Shown here piece after piece: positions 38,808 to 50,728 of a DNA stretch of 64,000 bases; the first letter of the stretch is position 1; each line of letters opens with the position of its first letter. The notes under the pieces are model-generated. The model did no database searches and was not told where the DNA came from. It saw only the letters and a list, made by a program, of their open reading frames with translations. The stretch comes from Tubulanus polymorphus (taxonomy: Eukaryota; Animalia; Nemertea): contig NC_134029.1 of assembly GCF_964204645.1 (NCBI RefSeq), positions 13,108,850 through 13,172,849 of the forward strand, written 5' to 3'. Position numbers and translations under genes: made by a program.

Positions 38808-39770
38808 TTAACATTTTACCAAATTTCTCAAACGCTGACGATTTGTTCGATCGATAGCTTTTACACACTCTTTCCACACTATCTCCATAGTAGCTGGTGG
38901 ACATGGGAAGTAACTAAAACATTTTTCTTTGATGTATGCTATTTTTCTATCATCTAATTTTGCCTTACGCTGTAAGCCATTTACATTTCTATTGACGATA
39001 TTACTGACATCTGGAAATAAAATTGTTGTCAGTTTAGCAACAAATGCCGTTCTAGAATGTTTACTTTTGTCGAACATAATCTTCAAAATTTCAGGTGAAA
39101 TATATTCATAATTCGAATCTAAACTTTTGATTATTGACGAATGATTGGGCGTATAAGAGATCATCCCGATATTGAAATGATTTTCTTCATTAGGACCAGA
39201 CCTATCGATTGTTGATGATGACTCACTCAGAGATTCTAAGATAACTTCCGAATTATTGCTATCATTTATGTGTAATGGTGCAAATGGTGTGCTCGCGTGA
39301 CAATAGTTTGGGGAAGAAAAATTAATACAACTACCGGGATACTGCGTCGGGATACTACTTGTATGAGTAGTTGAAGTTGATGGCTTTGTGGTTATAGATA
39401 GGAAAGGCGGAATATCTAAGAGGGAGTCACCAAAATCGAAATCTGATCCTAAATCGGACTCTACAGATGGTTCATCTGCTGATTGATTTCTTGGATCTGG
39501 CAACGATATATTTTTAGAATTAGACACAATATCAAGACATTTTTGCCCAATTTCCAGTAATAAATCCATTTTTGAGTTGGTGACCTTAAGTTGATTTATT
39601 ATCTGCACGTCATTGCTCTTGTTTTGGAAATCCTCAACTTTAGTTTTTACTTGTTTTAGCTCCGTTTCTGAGAGATTAACTTTAAGGGGGCTATCTTGCA
39701 GTATCATCTTCTTGATATCTTCTTCTGTAACAGATGAAGTATCAGCACTGCCACTTGCCACAATCGACAC
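38808..39770 (-). CDS. BEN-domain protein, terminal exon (coiled coil, Ser-rich linker, BEN)
   Basis: SRTAFVAKL..ILFP...NVNG..RKAKLDDRKIAYIK..CF...WKECVKAID fits the BEN consensus; ttttag acceptor at 39771. Confidence 0.8.
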   Translation of the reverse strand: MSIVASGSADTSSVTEEDIKKMILQDSPLKVNLSETELKQVKTKVEDFQNKSNDVQIINQLKVTNSKMDLLLEIGQKCLDIVSNSKNISLPDPRNQSADEPSVESDLGSDFDFGDSLLDIPPFLSITTKPSTSTTHTSSIPTQYPGSCINFSSPNYCHASTPFAPLHINDSNNSEVILESLSESSSTIDRSGPNEENHFNIGMISYTPNHSSIIKSLDSNYEYISPEILKIMFDKSKHSRTAFVAKLTTILFPDVSNIVNRNVNGLQRKAKLDDRKIAYIKEKCFSYFPCPPATMEIVWKECVKAIDRTNRQRLRNLVKC

Positions 39771-41430
39771 CTAAAAATAACACAGACGCAATGATATAAT
39801 ATAGGTCATTAATTACGGGTGCAGGGCCACTGTGTCCACTTGGGAAGTTGATTAAAATGATATGCTAAGAATCCAATGTACATGTATATCCATTGCAAAT
39901 TTAAATAACTATGGTTTCAAGGACGCCGAGTCCATGGAAATGGTTTGAAATGCTAAACAATCAGAAACTTGGTGAATATTTCAATATTCTACGCCCCCTG
40001 GTGATTATGTTAAGAAAGCAATGACCTTACAACTCACCACAATCATATATAGTACCCCTTTCATAACACTTCTGTATCTGTATACCAGGGCTCGGTTTTA
40101 TAGTGGTATCAACTTAAACCAGGGGGTTGATGGTTGTTGATAATCTCGCGAGAATGGCACTAAAATTTAAACAGCAAATAAATTTGAAATAATACAGAAA
40201 TACCTTGCTGCATGCGCAGCAACTTTCCGAAGTTCATGATCAGTTCAAGTTCAATTGATTTTTCATTTTAAAAATTCTGTCACACGAATACAATTAGTAG
40301 AATTACATAGATAAGAAAATCAATAATTTTTGTATTGACATAAAAAGAAAACTATAATATCTGCTACATACTTTGATTGACAGCTCACGAGAGCTCAGAA
40401 AGTTGCTGCGCATGCGCAGTGGTATCCACCGCATCAATACACTCACAGGCAAATACGTTTCATGCCTTGTTATTTTTATATAGTAAAGCGTCACGCCCGC
40501 CAATACTGGTCCTTAATGGCCAATTGTTTATCGGAACTTTATAAGTTAAAAAAAGAATACCTCATCCAGTTAAAAAAAGTTCACGCAGGTTCATTTCAGC
40601 AGCGTACTAACATGACCCACTTTTGAAAAACTGACATTCAATGACATGTAGTGACGCCTGCGCACTCGACTGCTTTCTGGACTTAGAGAATTTCAGAGAA
40701 TTTTCCCAACACATACATCATGCGCATGCGTTAAAAATGGAGACATTGGAAACATTACGGTTTTTGCCCTCAATGCTGCCATGTTTGTCACTTCAACAGT
40801 TTTTTGAGGCGACTAGCCAAATGTTTTTAGTTACTACTGTCATCAAAACATACTTTGGATTATAAATGTATGCCAAAACAACAGTCAACATCCATCGGAT
40901 TAAAGAACAGTAAGTTTGAGGGAGGTTGATTGTGTTTTAAGGGCTGAAATAGATGCTCAAAGCTTCGGTCGTCCAAGTAAAAATTCGCGACAAAAATTAA
41001 CCTCTATATGACACTTTGCCTGGCCCTAGACGTTGTTTTTGAGGAACAATGGCTAGATACTAGACTAAGAAATACCTTGTGTTCATATTCTTTAGCCAAT
41101 TTATCCGCTAAAAGAACTAAAATTACCCGGTAATTGGTCATTTCCTGAAATTTTCAAAAACAAATCAAATCGTCGGAAGGAAAGCCTCGAGCGAATACCA
41201 GTGCCCTCTACAGGGAATTCCCACGAAGTAACAATAAACGTACGTAGTACGGTTCGAATCCCAAATACTGTATGTATAATGCAGACCTGGCCAATCAAGT
41301 TGCTTGTTGATTAGGCACTACAATCGCCCGCACTCATCGCCCGTCCAACAAAAACCCTACACATGCTATCACATCAAACAAGCCCACCTGAACCGTGACG
41401 AGTAGGTCTACGATTGTACCCATGACTTAC

Positions 41431-41575
41431 TTTTTTCGAGAATCGCTTCCCTGTGTTTCCCTTTAAATCCTGAGAATTTAACCGCGAACAAACCATCGGA
41501 GTCATCTTTGGGGGTGGCGAGTGCCGAATACCATACCCCAGTTACCGGATCCCAGGCCTGTACAATATTCTCCAT
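41431..41575 (-). CDS. Probable first exon with a Tudor/chromo-barrel-like domain (candidate 5' part of the BEN gene)
   Basis: MENIVQAWDPVTGVWYSALA...FAVKFSGF matches the VxAxxxxGxWYxA..VxFxGY pattern; ends in a gtaagt donor. Confidence 0.55.
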
Positions 41576-44500
41576 TCTTTTTTTCTGCGTGCGCGTCCTC
41601 GCCCTACTGCGTAACTCTAACAAGTGTGCGCGGTAAGCGGCCAATGCAACAGGAGCGTTAAGGCAAAAAATGTTACTAATTGTTTCTCCTACTCGGCCGG
41701 GTACGTGTACATCTATTAAGTATGAACTGTAATCAAATTTGCAGTCAGTTAATTTCTATATTTCAGGTCTGTTTTTGTTGTTCCGACGACAGGCCTACGT
41801 ATAGGGAAGCTATGTAAGGAATGGGGTAGTTCCTACGTGGGCGACCGGAAGCCCGAAATGAGAAACAAGGAATTAATTATCTTTCGCCTTAACAACGTCG
41901 TGTACTCTGATTGGCTCGCCAGAACGAAACGCGCAAAATTGCGAACGCGTCTTTTTGTTGAACGCGTTTAAGTCGCGATTTTTGCAGCGAGAGACGCGCT
42001 TAAGGCGCGTCTCTTTTGTTAGCTTTGTGGACGCACCAAAATACTTAGTCGCGATTTAGTCGCAGCCACAAGGGAGGTTTTATCTAGGCTGTACCGCATT
42101 AAAGCCTAATAGACTTTTATAAACAAAATAAAATACATCTAAAATATCAACAGCATCTAAACGAGAGACGGTTCAATTCAATGTTATCTTTATTGCACCA
42201 CAATAAATCGATAGTTCGGCAGTGGTGATGAATCCGCGGGAGGCCTTTACCCCCCCCCCCCCATCCCCTTCCGCGAGTTATTCTAATTGAAGTAACTATC
42301 AACATTTTGAGATGCTCCCTAACTGAATATAATCAAGCAATCTCATCTCATTATTGGCCATTGCCTCAAATTGTTGAGCAAGAAATAATTTCAATATTAT
42401 GACATACCAACTTCTCGTGGAACTGGATTTTTGCACTTGTCTATCAGTAAGACTCTGTCGCCAAGATTGTGGACTCCTAATTCCACAAGCTGTTCATGAG
42501 AAAGATGCTTTACGATATCAATATTTACCTACAACAAAATGGTTAAAAATAAAACAATACTTTTATCTAGCGGTAATATTATCATTTGAATTGGTAATTC
42601 CCATGATCCAGGAACCCATACACTCTCTGATATTCGGACTACTACTACTACTACTACTTACATTTTCTTCTTGAAATCTTTCGATTAGATGGTGTAGATT
42701 AAGTTCTGAGAGTACGACATTCATTGTATTGGAATTTGCGCGGAATTTGCCATTTGAGCTCAGACCACTATTCCAAAATCTTCTATATCCTATGGTAAAA
42801 ACAAGAAATTCAAACGTTTAGTTCACATATAAGCGCGTAAATTCAGGGGAAATCCTGCGTATGCCTCATAGGCCAGCATCTTAGCTACGCATTGAAGTGG
42901 TTTTCGCCCCATGTACCCAACCTAACTTTTGAAATAATCAAACCTTTAGAAAGGAGGGGTATCCCAGTACAGGTATGCCAGTACATCTGGACCGAATATA
43001 GAAGGGAATGCCCCACCGGGTTTGGTACCCTTACTCCAAGCAAAAAAAGTCCAGGGAATCCCTTATTTCATCATCAATCTGTCTCTCAGGACCAATGGAT
43101 TTCATACATATAACCGAAATTCGTTACCTATCCCATTTGCAGAATTATGGCAACATTTATGGAGGACCTCTTTTTCATTTTAGGTACCTAATTGTGGTCT
43201 GATGCCATTTGCTCAACAAGCAATGGGGAATGGACCATGGGGAATCCCTGAGTGTTGCGTCGAAAAGAGCGATATGATTCAATTAAATTCTAACTTTATT
43301 GAATATATAATACCGTGGCGCCACCATACGGTGAACTATGGAACCTTCACGTAAATAAGCTACGTCGTTACCCTTATGAAAATGGTACACGTGTATTTAG
43401 CTAAATACACGTGTAATACACGTGTAATATGAAATTACACGTGTACTTTTGACGTGTATTCTGAAGTACATGTGTAAAACACGTGTATTTCTAAAATACA
43501 CGTGTAGTTTGGACATGTATTTTGAATTACACGTGTACTGAAGAGGTGTATTTTGAAATACACGTGTAACTTAGGACGTGTATTTTAAAAACACGTGTAA
43601 ATTCATGTGTGGCTTCTGTGTATGTGCAATCTGGATGCATGTACCTTGGCTAAAAAATTATACATGTACCTTGTTTCTCATAATTGGTCACTTTTGTAAA
43701 CTGCAATAAAATTTGTAATTACATCATTTAGCTTCACATGATTTCATAAAAAGTAAGATTTTGCATGTAATGTTCGGAGAATTGAAGGAATCTCCTGTCT
43801 TTTTAATTGTTTGATCCTCATTTAGTAGTTTTTTCCAGGATGCCATGTCAAAAAATCATGTTGTTTGTCCTGTATTGACTAGATTGGATCCTGTATGAAT
43901 GAAGCACATGTCTTTGTTGCCCTCTGAATAAATGCAAAAACTGTTTCACAAAAATCATGATCTGAACAAAAATTTTTGGATATTTCATTTATTATCAAGA
44001 TAACTAGAGGCTTAGGGGACTGCCCAAGCCCCGAATTACAATGTTATTTATGAAAAATGTTGAATATATTGCTGTCACCAGCTCCAAGTGTTCTGCTTTC
44101 CTTGTAGGCCCATACACAAAAAATGTCCTTTTTCCTCTAATGTTGCCTTATCGTACTGTATATCACATAATGAACATTTGTATCATACCTGCAGTTTTTT
44201 TAATAATGTCTTACATACAGCGCAGTAATATTTGTTCACCTCCGCACATAGAGAAAATCTTTTCAAAATAGGCATTTAGAACTGCGTAGAACCGCTTCTC
44301 AGTAACAGTAAATTAAATCGATCCAACAATCCAGTCAAAACAGTTGATGTGGATCCAGCTTTGAGGGAGAACATCATAATAGTAGTAACAGCCCCACGAA
44401 GGGTCACCTCAGCATTTGTGTGGAGAGGATCATCTATTTCCATCAATGAGCTGTGGCTGCAAAACAGATTAAACATTTTGGTGATTGGTCAAGTTCATAT

Positions 44501-45298
44501 CGGATGAGTAGATTGGCAATTATGATTGCATTCACTTTAGTCATAAGGCACTGTATTACTAACTTATGTCGTCACAACCATTGTCTGCATTATTGGTGGA
44601 TTGTGGCCATTTTCAATTCTTAAATCTTCCAGATTCTCAAAATCGACTTCTTGAAAAATCAAAATGTCCATCATTTAGCAACATATTACAAACTACAAAA
44701 CAAGAAGTAATTTGAGAATAAATTATTCCCAAGCATATAGAACTTAAGGCTACAGTAGGCCTATACGTAGGTTGGTTTCCAGCTAGCGATTTCGTAGCCT
44801 ATTGTTGCGATGAACATGCATAACGTACCAGATCGGACCTGGATTTTTTGTCTGTAAGGGCTTATATACGAAATACCTAGCATTGTCTATCATACATTAT
44901 CCATTATATATGTATACACCATATTTTGTATGTTATACACATAAAAAGTATGTGGTACAATGCGATCGTCCAATATACAGACACTGAGACAGACACTGGA
45001 CAGAGGCCATCCCCTCAATTAACACTGAGCCCGCTTGTGAAAACTAACAACATTAACATTAAACTAAACAATTGGCCTATGCAATAGCATAATTCTCCAT
45101 GTCTCTTGTTTGTCCTGTCAACTTTATTGAACTGTCAAACCAATAATTTACTTGTTTAACATTATTATTGATAGGAAGTGGATATTTTGCCAATGCGGCA
45201 TTATTTTAGTAAACGCTATTTTGCCAATGGCTCGTTCTGATTGGCTGAAATATATTGTGACGTCATACGGGATTTTCCGACACTAATTCCAACTAAAA

Positions 45299-48200
45299 AT
45301 GGCGCGTTCTTCAACTTCGTCGGGGATTTTCAAAGTTGGAGACAAATTTTCGTCTTTTGACGATGTTTTGGCTGCTATAAAGTTGTTCGAAGATGAGCAA
45401 CTTATGTCGTATTGGCGACGTCACACTCGTTTACTGGATGGCGCACCAAAGAGTACACCAAAGACAAATGAGAACGCTATAAAATACTATCAAGTATATT
45501 ATCACTGTTTGAAAGGGGGAAAGAAACACAAGACATGCAGCAAGGGCTTGAGACCAAACCAGAAGTATGTATATATCACTAAGGTCTATCACTAAATTGA
45601 TTTTGTGGTTACTACTTAGAATCTCATGTACAGTGGGATCGGACTTAGAACCAGGATTGGACTTTGAGTAGGCCTACTGAAAATTCTTCATTATTCCTTC
45701 TCTCATTATTTTCCATTTTTACGTTCTAATTATATCCACATAATAAACACATAATGCTAAAAAAAGTTGGCAAAATCAATATCTAAGATGTAGATTGCCA
45801 TTAGAAGTTTAGATGGCAATATTTATGTCTTGATATTTAGGGATTATTATTGGAATGCGACTGTCTTGTTGTGCAAAGATATTTTGACAGCTGAGCAACC
45901 ACTAGCGCCATCTATCGAACATAAATTGAAGCTTTTGTCAGCTTATAGAGCCACCAATATATAAGGACCAATATATAATGATATATAATAGAACATTAAG
46001 CTTTTCGGCGTTGGTGACTTAATATAATGAAGGAATAATGGATATGAATAATGAAAAAAAACCTCATCAACTTTTGACATTTGAGGTGACAGTAAACTGA
46101 TACCTTAATTCTATAGGCTTTATAGCTGCAGTAAGACCATCACAACATTAATATGTTCGCAACATTATTTCTAGGTATCGTTCTTTCTAAAACAGCTTTA
46201 AACTCTCGTTCTCTGTTTTTTATGGGCCTTTTTAATCATGTTTTCCTTTCCCTGTATTTACAGGACATTCCGTCAAGATTGTGAATCATGTGTTCACTTC
46301 CGCGCTTCAAAGGATGGACAACATCTTGTGGTGACATATCTGAATACTACACATAACCATGAATGCACAGAGGGGGCATATGCTTTTATCCCTAAGTGTC
46401 GGAAATTAGATGAAAAAGAGACAATCGAAGTTAACAATATTCTAAAGACCAGACCGAACAAAAAAATCTTACAAGATCACATCAGGAGCATTTCTGGCAA
46501 GAAGTTAACTTTGCGTGATATTCAAAACCTACAGAAAAGATTAAAGGGGACGCCAGGTGACTTAGAAGAGATTTTAAACAGTCTCATTTCTGAAAGAGGT
46601 AATTATGATTCATTTCAGATTCATTTCAGTGATTTATATAGCGGCTTTTGTAGCGGCTACCTATCATAATTTTTTCCATTCTATCGGACTGTAAACACCA
46701 TTTTTTCACTTTGAATCTGGCTCATCTTTTTTGGAAAGGATTTTAGTTAGTTATACTGTGAAATCTCCTCTTTCGTTGGCTCCGTCAAGAAAGGGGGATC
46801 GGAATAATCGTTGCCACAGAACCTCTAAAATAACCTAAGATCACGCCGAGATTTACCTAACGTCTTGCTTGCTTTATTCAACACGCCAAAGAGAACACAA
46901 GAATCACTACACAATATGGTGTCACTAAAACGCAGATTTGGACTCGGTAAAAGCCGGATACCGGACTTTACCGGTCCATCACAATACTACGGACCCTATG
47001 AACCAAAGGCCTATAGGCCTACAATATACAGATAGGCGATATTGATAACTAACTTGCCAACTTTTATTTCCAGACGCTACGGTAGAAGTCGTCAGTGATG
47101 ATACCGATATGCTTCGCGCGATATATTATCAGGATAATATCATGAAAAAGAAATTCAACAAGTATCCAGAACTATTGATAGCAGATGCTACTTACAAGCT
47201 TAATAATCTACGAATGCCAGTTTTTCTACAAATAGTGGTTGACGGAAATGGAGAAAGTGAGATAGTGTCAGTTTTTTTGATCGTCAGCGAAGATCAGGGA
47301 ACGTTAGAGATGTTGCTTGAGATATTTAAGAAACATAACCCTGCCTGGACAAGAACAAAAACTGTTCTTACCGATAAGGACATGACAGAGCGTGCCGTGT
47401 TTAAAAATCTGATGCCTGATGTTAAGTTACAGCTGTGTTTGTTTCATGTCCTCAAATCAATGCGAAGAGAAATACATTGTGAGAAAATGGGCATCCGCAT
47501 CGGAGAGAAAAATGCTTGTCTAGAAATAATTCAAAAAATTGCGTATTCAAAAAATGAAGAAGAATATACGAGCAACGTAGACAAACTCAATAATACTCGA
47601 ATACAGCCCGTTATCGACTATTACAGACATTCTTGGCATGATATCAGATCTGAATGGGTGTTAGGTCTGAAGCAATCCTGTCATTATGGCAATAATACAT
47701 CTAACAGAATTGAAAGCATAAACCAAAAACTGAAGCAGGTTGTGGCGCGATTTTCGAATTTAGAGAATTTCTTTCATGATCTCAAGCTTGTAATTGCTTG
47801 TCTGAGACAGGAACGCGACAGTCGTATTGCAAATGTAATCACCAAGCGTTTGGTTCATTCACATCCCGCCGGTTCACCAGCAGCCATGTACATGGACCTT
47901 CTGACACCTGTTGCGTATCAGCTTGTGATTGATCAAATCAGCTTGGCATCAAAAGTCAGATTCCAAGATGTTGCAGATAATCCCGAATTTGTCGAAATGC
48001 GCACATCACATGGAGTTGCAATGGTATCCTGTGAAACATGTACATGCAAGTATGTGGAATTCAATTCATTACCATGTCGACATATTTTCGCACTTCGCCG
48101 GAAGAGAAATCATCATCTATATACCGATACCAGTGTTGCCGAGCGTTGGAAGATAAGATGTTATATAGATCACAGTCTACAGCAGTATAATTGTACGACG

Positions 48201-50728
48201 GAAAATGTCAATGATGCTGAGATACCTATTACACAACTTGGTCAACAACGTCGTAAGACGGCTTTGTCCCAACCACAGAAATATAAAGCTGCATTTGGTG
48301 TTGCTCAACGTCTCGCTACACTCGCAAGTGAAGGTTCGATGACCAAATATAAACAACGCATAAAGGTGCTACGTGATCTTGTTGCACTGTGGGAACAAGA
48401 TAGTCAAGCTGTAGCCATTGAAATTGATCGTGAAGAGGTAATTAATAAGCCAGTTAATAAGTGAAACTAACGATGATTTGCTAGCTAGTTGCAAAAATAA
48501 CCCATGTTGCTTGTGAATTGTTTCGCTTTTTTAGGACTGTTAAAATTGAGTTTTTATGTACATATAGACAGGGGTCATAATCAAGGACCTTGAATCTGCG
48601 GAAACTCATATCTGCAAAAGAAAGATACTTGCCAATTGCATATTTTGTTCATAGCTTTTTTGATGATAATGAGGTAATTATAATGGACCAATTATAATGG
48701 TTCATTCAAGCTAAGTCTACACTTGCTTCTTCGACCTGGCTTGTGTATCTATAATACGCTAGAAACAATACAGAGTTTCTGGCAAACCTGAGTCTTAGAA
48801 ACCAGGTGTGGATTCGTACTACCATAGTGAGTAAGTGTAGACGTTACTCGCTGTGGACATAGGTTTTCATCAAACCTGTGTTTACCATTGCAGGTTCAAT
48901 GAGCTAGTGTAGACACAGCTATATGCTAATTTAAGTTAAATTCCCATTTTTGTTAGTTGAACAATGATTGTTTGTTGCATGAAGTTAATCAACTCCTGTT
49001 AAGTTGCATGTTGTTTCATTTTTTTCACTCCCATAGATGTATGATTGTTATACATTTGTACTTGATAGATGAATCATTTCAAGTAAGTACTTAACATCCT
49101 TCATTTGACCTTCTAAAGAAGAATTGGGATAATATTACACAATTTTGTATACAATTACAGTACTTTGATCCACTTAATGTTGGTAAAAATAAGGAAATCA
49201 AAAATAATAAACGTAGACAATAATTGTGAGATAGGCCCCTACTTGGTGTATGAATGTTGTATATGTTCATCTTTTACAGGAAAGCAGCAACGTTCGTTCT
49301 ACAGAAAGATCAGTCGTTTCTGCGTCGTCCGGTAGTAGTTGTAGTATTCAACGACAACAGCCGTCAGTCATTTCTGCGTCGTCCGGTAGTAGTTGTAGTA
49401 TTCAACGACAACAGCCGTCAGTCGTTTCTGCGTCGTCCGGTAGTAGTTGTAGTATTCAACGACAACAGCCGTCAGTCGTTTCTGCGTCGTCCGGTAGTAG
49501 TAGCTGTAGTATTCAACGACAACAGCCGTCAGTCGTTTCTGCGTCGTCCGGTAGTAGTTGTAGTATTCAACGACAACAGCCGTCAGTCATTTCTGCGTCG
49601 TCCGGTAGTAGTTGTAGTATTCAACGACGACAGCCGTCAGTCGTTTCTGCGTCGTCCGGTAGTAGTAGCTGTAGTATTCAACGACAACAGCCGTCAGTCG
49701 TTTCTGCGTCGTCCGGTAGTAGTTGTAGTATTCAACGACAACAGCCGTCAGTCGTTTCTGCGTCGTCCGGTAGTAGTTGTAGTATTCAACGACAACAGCC
49801 GTCAGTCGTTTCTGCGTCGTCCGGTAGTAGTAGCTGTAGTATTCAACGACAGATACCACCGTTGATACAGTCGGCGCCATCGTCATCAGAAGTTTTCACT
49901 TCCACAATCAGTTCACCTCATTGTCAGGTAATATATATTACTTCTCTTTTTGATAACCCTAAATTTACTTTACTTTAGTTGAAATGATGATTAAACCTGC
50001 CCCAATTTGTCCTAAATTACAGTAATTCTTTCTAGGACAGATGCAGAGGATCATTCTCCTCAAGTTTGCAAGATTAATGATATGGATTGATGTCATTTCA
50101 TTTGTATATTCCCATCTATCAACTTTTTCATGTATCAAAGCTCAAATTACCGCCAGTTAGGAAAGTAAGGGGCAGACCCAAGGGTGCCGAACTAACTGCG
50201 GTAGGTATACCAAAAAAGCGATTCAAACCTGCTTCAAAATCGATGAAACCAATCCCATATCACAAGAAGTTGCCACAGGAGAAAGACAGATGTAAGTATT
50301 TACCACTCTATTATTTGTTGGGTTCAAGAAATTAGGCCATTGTATAATTATGCAGGTCATTTCTATTTTAAGGTATGTTAAAATGGTTTGTGAGTGAGTT
50401 TGCAGCTGATGCTGCCCTAGAAGGAAAACTTTTGCTGAAAACCGATATAAAGAATATTCAACATATTTCTCATGCCTGCAAGGATGATTCAATTTCAATA
50501 TCCAGGATACGACATTACTTTTGTGAAGAATCGTGGCTGATGTTAAAGGCACGAATAACTGAACTGCAAAAGATGGGATGGTTATGTGGATCATGCCATG
50601 ATGATCTCCATGGAAATCAATTAGCTTGTGATGGCTGCCTAGAGTGGCATCACCTGAATTGTACCGGCCTTAAAAAGGCTCCTAAAACCAAAAAATGGTT
50701 TTGTAGCACATGTTATACTAATGCATAG
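45299..50728 (+). CDS. MULE transposase (FAR1/ZSWIM3-like N-terminus, MULE DDE core, SWIM finger, repeat tract, AT-hook, PHD finger); exons 45299-45564, 46264-46598, 47074-48437, 49280-49927, ~50141-50291, 50373-50728
   Basis: IADATYK, VLTDKD, CLFH, SNRIESIN, CTCKY..LPCRH, RGRPK and C4HC3 motifs; the 5' boundary of exon 5 is uncertain. Confidence 0.9.
49310..49852 (+). repeat. Coding minisatellite, 54/57-bp unit (~10 copies)
   Basis: Encodes SVVSASSGS(S)SCSIQRQQP repeats in the spliced frame. Confidence 0.95.

Larger units (their letters stand above)
36400..39770. repeat. ~1.75-kb tandem duplication containing palindromic MITEs and the BEN exon
   Basis: ~36400-38005 is nearly identical to ~38005-39770; ggggccagttgttcaaaagttggttaaag hairpin MITEs; extra MITE at 38371-38533 in the second unit only. 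Confidence 0.88.
28821..42096. mobile_element. Unclassified TIR element carrying a Tudor-like/BEN gene
   Basis: TIR cggtacagcctagataaaac(t/c)tccc with CGCG-rich subterminal regions at both ends; flanks TA/CA. Confidence 0.7.
28612..42320. mobile_element. Harbinger-like MITE expanded by nested insertions, inside a transposase intron
   Basis: TIR agggagcatctcaaaa..gatagttacttcaattagaataac at both ends; TAA-like flanks; a further right-end copy near 30520-30575. Confidence 0.7.
27651..42790 (-). pseudogene. SAM-HTH-integrase-core-type transposase of the IS3EU-like element; catalytic core deleted
   Basis: Phase-consistent exons ~42790-42662, 42528-42408, 28551-28375, 28195-27975, 27836-27651; GRP..HTH, LSDDILDDIV and RREYWVPGPNFIWH, then a jump to the C-terminal tail with no DDE region. 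Confidence 0.82.

Noticed and set aside
49254-49886. Alternative-frame and antisense ORFs over the minisatellite
   Set aside because: Stop-free only because the unit lacks stops; splice phase supports the Ser-rich frame
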